Positions 59,512-64,000 of a stretch of DNA of 64,000 bases are shown one piece after another; the first letter of the stretch is position 1, and the number at the start of each line of letters is the position of its first letter. The DNA is taken from positions 1 through 64,000 of the forward strand of contig JBHLMN010000008.1 of assembly GCA_048938105.1 (NCBI GenBank), read 5' to 3'. The stretch is from Promethearchaeota archaeon (lineage in GTDB: Archaea > Asgardarchaeota > Heimdallarchaeia > Hodarchaeales > Hodarchaeaceae). The notes under the pieces are model-generated. The model worked only from the letters and a program-made list of their open reading frames with translations, searched no databases and was not told the origin of the DNA. The translations under genes and the position numbers were made by a program.

Positions 59512-60669
59512 TCACATACATCCAAGGTTCCTTGCGATGACAAGGCGTTGAATTTCAGAAGTACCTTCTCCAATCTCTAATAAGCGTTGGTCTCGGTAAA
59601 AACGTTCAATAGGATACTCCTTCATTAATCCATAACCCCCGTGAAGTTGGACAGCTTGATGAACAACCCGTTTAGAAACCTCTGAACAGTATAATTTAGC
59701 CATAGCAGCTAGTTTCTTATATTCTTCACGCCCTTGATCAAAAAAACAGGTAGCTTTGTAAAGTAAATTTCTTGCTGCTTCAATCTCCGTTGCCATATCC
59801 GCCAGTTTAAAAGCGTTAATTTGAAATTTTGAGATCGGTTTACCAAATTGTTTTCTTTGCTTAGCATACTCTAAAGCAAGTTCAAAGGCGCCTTGAGCAC
59901 ACCCTAATCCCATTGCTCCAATAGAGAGTCTTCCTTTGTCAAGGGTGTCTAGCATTTGGTGAAACCCCTCGCCACGAGACCCAAGCATATTACTCTCTGG
60001 CACCTTACAGTCTGTAAAGTACAGCTCAGAAGTGATTGAAGCACGCCAACATATTTTTTTGTGCATTGTTCGGGTTTCAAATCCTTCAGTTCCTTGGTCG
60101 AGTAAAAAACAAGTGTACTCGCGGCCACGTCCATCAGCTCTAGTACCAGTAATCGTTTGAACAGTTGAACCAAGCGATGCTTCTGTAGAACCGTTGGTTA
60201 TAAAAATCTTAGACCCATTAATAATCCATTCATCACCCTCTTTTATAGCTCTTGTTTTTGTACCTCCTGCGTCGCTTCCTGCTTCAGGTTCTGTGAGCCC
60301 AAATCCCCATAGCTTCTCTCCTGTTGTAAGTTTCGGCAAATAATACTCCTTTTGCTCCTTAGTTCCGAAATAGTATATTGGTCCAATACCTAGTGAATTA
60401 TGAGCGGCTACTGTTGCTGCTTGAGAACCATCCACACGTGCTATCTCTTCAACTGCCACAATATATGAAAGATAAGAGAGGCCACTGCCCCCATATTCTT
60501 CAGGAATACTTACTCCCATTAATCCCAAGTCTCCCATCTTCTTAGTTAATTCTAGTGAGAATTCTTCTTTTTCGTCAAGTTCTGCTGCTATAGGTTGAAT
60601 CTCTTTTTCAGCAAACTCCCGGACCGCTTCACGCATCATCATGGATTCTTCTGGTAAATCAAAATTCAT
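59512..60669 (-). CDS. Acyl-CoA dehydrogenase
   Basis: FGLTEPEAGSD, INGSKIFITNG, RKQFGKPI, HGGYG, IGEGTSEIQR. Confidence 0.95.
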   Translation of the reverse strand: MNFDLPEESMMMREAVREFAEKEIQPIAAELDEKEEFSLELTKKMGDLGLMGVSIPEEYGGSGLSYLSYIVAVEEIARVDGSQAATVAAHNSLGIGPIYYFGTKEQKEYYLPKLTTGEKLWGFGLTEPEAGSDAGGTKTRAIKEGDEWIINGSKIFITNGSTEASLGSTVQTITGTRADGRGREYTCFLLDQGTEGFETRTMHKKICWRASITSELYFTDCKVPESNMLGSRGEGFHQMLDTLDKGRLSIGAMGLGCAQGAFELALEYAKQRKQFGKPISKFQINAFKLADMATEIEAARNLLYKATCFFDQGREEYKKLAAMAKLYCSEVSKRVVHQAVQLHGGYGLMKEYPIERFYRDQRLLEIGEGTSEIQRLVIARNLGCM

Positions 60670-60826
60670 ACTTCTTTCACCTGATGGATTCTAGGTTTTT
60701 TTTGGTCGAATTGGCTATTTGTCCTTAGATTTGTGATAGAAAAAAGTCTAAGAACCTTCAATGGCCTCCCAATTTTAAACTTTCATTCTCAATTTTCTAT
60801 CTTATTGGTATTAAGATATACTTCAT

Positions 60827-61198
60827 TTAGGACTCGTCATCATTCTTTAGAAAAATAGAATACCATAACAATCCTATTATCCCTAAAAAGAGGCCAATAA
60901 CAGCACCAATCAGAAGTAGGATGAAAATTATGCCACTAAATGGAAAATTGAGAGGTGGTCTCCCTGAGTTATCAAGAGGCTCATTAAATACACCAGTATT
61001 ATAAGTTCCCCCCAAGAATAATATGATAAATAGAATTAAAGAGCAAAAAAGACCCATTATTAAGAAGAAAAGAGGACCCCCCACAGAAAGCTTAGAACCA
61101 CCAAATATCTTCAGATATAGAGAACTCTGCTTTCTTTGTTTATGATCTCCTAACAAAAAACTCACCTTTTTGTGAATATTGTTCAGGTAATTCCTCAC
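60827..61198 (-). CDS. Small two-TM membrane protein
   Basis: Two hydrophobic segments; the true start is probably downstream, near 61085. Confidence 0.5.
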   Translation of the reverse strand: MRNYLNNIHKKVSFLLGDHKQRKQSSLYLKIFGGSKLSVGGPLFFLIMGLFCSLILFIILFLGGTYNTGVFNEPLDNSGRPPLNFPFSGIIFILLLIGAVIGLFLGIIGLLWYSIFLKNDDES

Positions 61199-61351
61199 TT
61201 CATTTTAAAATGTTTTGAAAAAGTTCGTGCCAAATTAAGATATATGTAACAGTTCCATGGAATTATTAAACAATATCCAGTAATAAAAAGAAAACAAAAT
61301 GACTAAAGAGTATCAACAGGCTACTGATGATACTTATTAAGGTTATTGATC

Positions 61352-62241
61352 TTAAATATCTAAGAATAGGTTGAGCTTTCTCAACACATCATCGTTCCTA
61401 TTCACAACCTGCTTTATAGTCATTTGCCATCCAACTGAGGCTAATCCAAACCAGATTGCTATAAGAAAGGGAACTATTGTCCACCAACGCTTCACGAGAC
61501 AGAATGGGTAATGATGTGGCTCACCAAGGGATTGATCAAGCAGTTTTTTTAGAAGCAAAGATCCACATAGGAGCAATAAATTCTTGTACTGATATTACAA
61601 AAAGAGGGGCTGTTAAAACCGCTGATACTAGGGAGCCTATTAAGAATAGTGGATTATAGATTTGTAGATATTGTAATAAAGCGATTAATGACAATAGTAT
61701 CATAGTAGCAAGAAAAGTGATAAAGGCTGTCTCTGGTTCTAGAACATGTAAGGGGTTGTAATCAACCGAGGCCAGAGTCAGCTAGCAATAATGGGAGCAT
61801 CACAAAGGAATATAATTTGGAAAGGAATGGTGTTAATACAAGTTTTTCTGTTTTTTTATTTATGTGATCAAGAAACAACCATGATTCATAAATGAAAGGA
61901 ACTATTAATTTTACAACAAAGTTTAAGAATCCAATAGAGGGAATTGAGGCGTCTAACACTCCATATGGGTACATAGCTTCAGGAATAATAGGTACCAGTG
62001 ATATTAGGACATAATAAAAGTAGAATACGTTAAGAGAACGTGAGACCAGGAGAATAACAGCTATCATACTTAGTAAATAATAATAATTTTCTTTTTCCTT
62101 TTCCAAATTGTGATAATTATTAATTTCTTTTTTGTGCTTTAAGATTTTATATTCTAAATAGGCACCATATCCAGATAATAAAAGAGTTATAAAACCTAGT
62201 AACAATTCAATGGCAATATGGAAATTCCAAATTATATTCAA
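61352..62241 (-). pseudogene. Frameshifted polytopic membrane protein (GAMC..G / HHCPFC-type family)
   Basis: Three consecutive frames: 62241-61762, then VDYNPLHV...MWIFASKK, then LLDQSLGEPHHYPFCLVK. Shifts near 61766 and in the A7 run near 61545. Confidence 0.7.
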
Positions 62242-62358
62242 AGAACTCCAAAGTAGTAGAAATTCTTATTGTAATAGCTTAGCTATCAATATCTTTAAAA
62301 TCATTATGGAGATAAAGTGCCAAAACAATGGTATTCTATCTGTTGGGGCGTTTATGAA

Positions 62359-62772
62359 ATGGCCTCAGTGAAGAAAATCATCATAGTGGTGATTATTACA
62401 TCAATAGTGATAATAGGAGGAGTTATCGGGATAAATCTGGTAAGAATGACTACTGATGTGGATTCACCAAGGTTAATTTCTGTAGAATATAATCCTAATC
62501 TCAAGGTGAACACATCCACAACAATTCAGATTTTTGTTGAAGATATATCAGGTATTGAATCGTGTAAGATCTATTATAGTATGAATGGTAGTGCTTGGGT
62601 TTCTAGAGAGCTTCGACATTACATTATCATTTGTTGTCCTCCTAGATATCTAATCAGATTAAGGCCTTTTAGATCCACTGGTATTCAATGGGATTTTTAT
62701 TTTGAAATCATAGATAAAAAGAATAATATATTAATCTCTGAAATTTACAGTTTTATTATTGTTGATTCTTAA
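62359..62772 (+). CDS. Secreted/membrane-anchored Ig-like hypothetical protein with CCPP motif
   Basis: N-terminal TM; D.DSP..I....VED.SGI....IYYS.NG..W pattern as in other Ig-like repeats in this window. Confidence 0.7.
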   Translation: MASVKKIIIVVIITSIVIIGGVIGINLVRMTTDVDSPRLISVEYNPNLKVNTSTTIQIFVEDISGIESCKIYYSMNGSAWVSRELRHYIIICCPPRYLIRLRPFRSTGIQWDFYFEIIDKKNNILISEIYSFIIVDS

Positions 62773-63041
62773 AATCGATATATGGAGGAATTTAACAAAA
62801 GAAAAACTTTTTTCCAAGTAAAATGGAATTGACTCTAAAAATAAAAAGAAAAGCGTTAATAAAACAAATTTATTGTGGAAAAATCGATTACTTTCTATCT
62901 TTTTGATACTATTTATAAGAGCTAAAGAATAAAAAGACATTCTTATTAAAGACTAAGAAATACAATAAAAAAGAGAAATAAACCCGACTTTTATATTAAG
63001 AGTTGTATAAATTCGAATAATGTGCTGCGAGAAGAACAAGA

Positions 63042-64000
63042 ATGGATAAGCGGTTAGTTGTTATATCAGCAGGAGTTGACCTATCACCATTGATGTTAGA
63101 ATTCCTCCAGGCTGGTCTTAGATTCGCAATAATTCTTAATACTACCGCTGATTTTTCGTTATCAAATAATGAGGCAAAAGATAGTGGAGAGGAAGTATGG
63201 TATCACCACGAAATTGTAAAACTGGCAAATGCAGTGGTACCTGATGATTTAACAAAAAGTTCATTGGCCAAGGTTTTTTCACAACCAGCTCAGACCCGAA
63301 TAACACTAAGCGATGCTGAGATGTTCTTAGTCCAATGGGTTAGCGAAAGAAAAAAGGCAAAACAAAGTTTTCATGACTTTTTTAAAGCATTAAACGAATA
63401 TGCTGGTATGCATCTTGAAGTTTATCCCTTAAAATTTCCTGAAGAAGTTGTTACAATCAAAACACCTACTTCACAAGTTCCGTTGCGATATTTCCAAATT
63501 ACTGGCTATGTAGATCGGAAAGCAGAGCAAAAAACCGATCTTGAGGAACTCCAAAAACTCTTAGTTGAAAGTCAGGAAATTAAAGAGAAAAAGAAAGGTA
63601 TAAAACCTATTGAAATCTTTGGATTAAATCTAAATCGAGACATCTTAACTGAAGAAGCGAGAAAAATCATCACTGAAGCTGATGCAATCCTTTGGCTAGC
63701 AGGAGATCCTTGTTCATTAGCTCTCCTCCTTTTACACAAAGAGTTCACCAAAACTGTGAAAGAATCAAAAGCTCCAGCTACATTGATTTGTCCTAGTCAA
63801 TTCAGTTTTCGGGAGCAATTCATACTACAATTATTGGGAGTCAAACCCACATTACTTGGAATTGCAGAACTAAGTACAGGGATTGTAGACAACCTCGTAG
63901 TTGGCCCTGAAGAGGCTAGTGAGGTTACATCTCTCCGTTCTAAAGGCTTTAATGTTATTATGGAAGATATCAGTAAAACAGAGGGTAAGAAAGGCTTATC
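63042..64000 (+). CDS. CofD/YvcK-fold protein, divergent; 3'-truncated by window edge
   Basis: Open frame from ATG 63042 (absent from the ORF track): RLVVISAG, IILNTTAD, EARKIITEADAILWLAGDP, TLICP, LGVKPTLLGIAE..IVDNLVV, colinear with CofD. Confidence 0.7.
   Translation, partial: MDKRLVVISAGVDLSPLMLEFLQAGLRFAIILNTTADFSLSNNEAKDSGEEVWYHHEIVKLANAVVPDDLTKSSLAKVFSQPAQTRITLSDAEMFLVQWVSERKKAKQSFHDFFKALNEYAGMHLEVYPLKFPEEVVTIKTPTSQVPLRYFQITGYVDRKAEQKTDLEELQKLLVESQEIKEKKKGIKPIEIFGLNLNRDILTEEARKIITEADAILWLAGDPCSLALLLLHKEFTKTVKESKAPATLICPSQFSFREQFILQLLGVKPTLLGIAELSTGIVDNLVVGPEEASEVTSLRSKGFNVIMEDISKTEGKKGL

Overview
AT-rich archaeal chromosomal segment, most likely Asgard (Heimdallarchaeia/Hodarchaeales-like). 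This is inferred from gene content: a longin-like protein, PCI-like winged-helix and RING-like modules, a PGF-CTERM tail, a RIO kinase, a CofD-like fold and an ADP-forming acetyl-CoA synthetase. The first 25 kb is a cell-surface island. It holds two paralogous beta-helix/Ig adhesins and a tightly coupled minus-strand operon of three large membrane-anchored proteins: 3208 aa (FG-GAP propellers, C-type lectin, lamin-tail domains), 2151 aa (helical and beta-sheet head on a Ca-binding DxDxDG stalk) and 932 aa (beta-helix with cytoplasmic TPR). C-type lectin, LamG and lamin-tail domains sit as in-frame cassettes inside loops of unrelated scaffolds. The rest holds a PAS-only protein, an acetate/acyl-CoA cluster, a permuted ABC binding protein, a propeller receptor with a cytoplasmic winged helix, housekeeping enzymes, a triple GIFT-like surface protein, a PadR/HAAS pair, several pseudogenes and a degenerate CofD. 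The best non-coding candidates are an attenuator-like leader (chained uORFs plus hairpins) before the RIO kinase and 30-bp-phased TTCCGAC motifs near 56.4-56.7 kb. No rRNA, tRNA, CRISPR array, transposase or reverse transcriptase was seen. All family calls were made by eye from motifs, without database searches.
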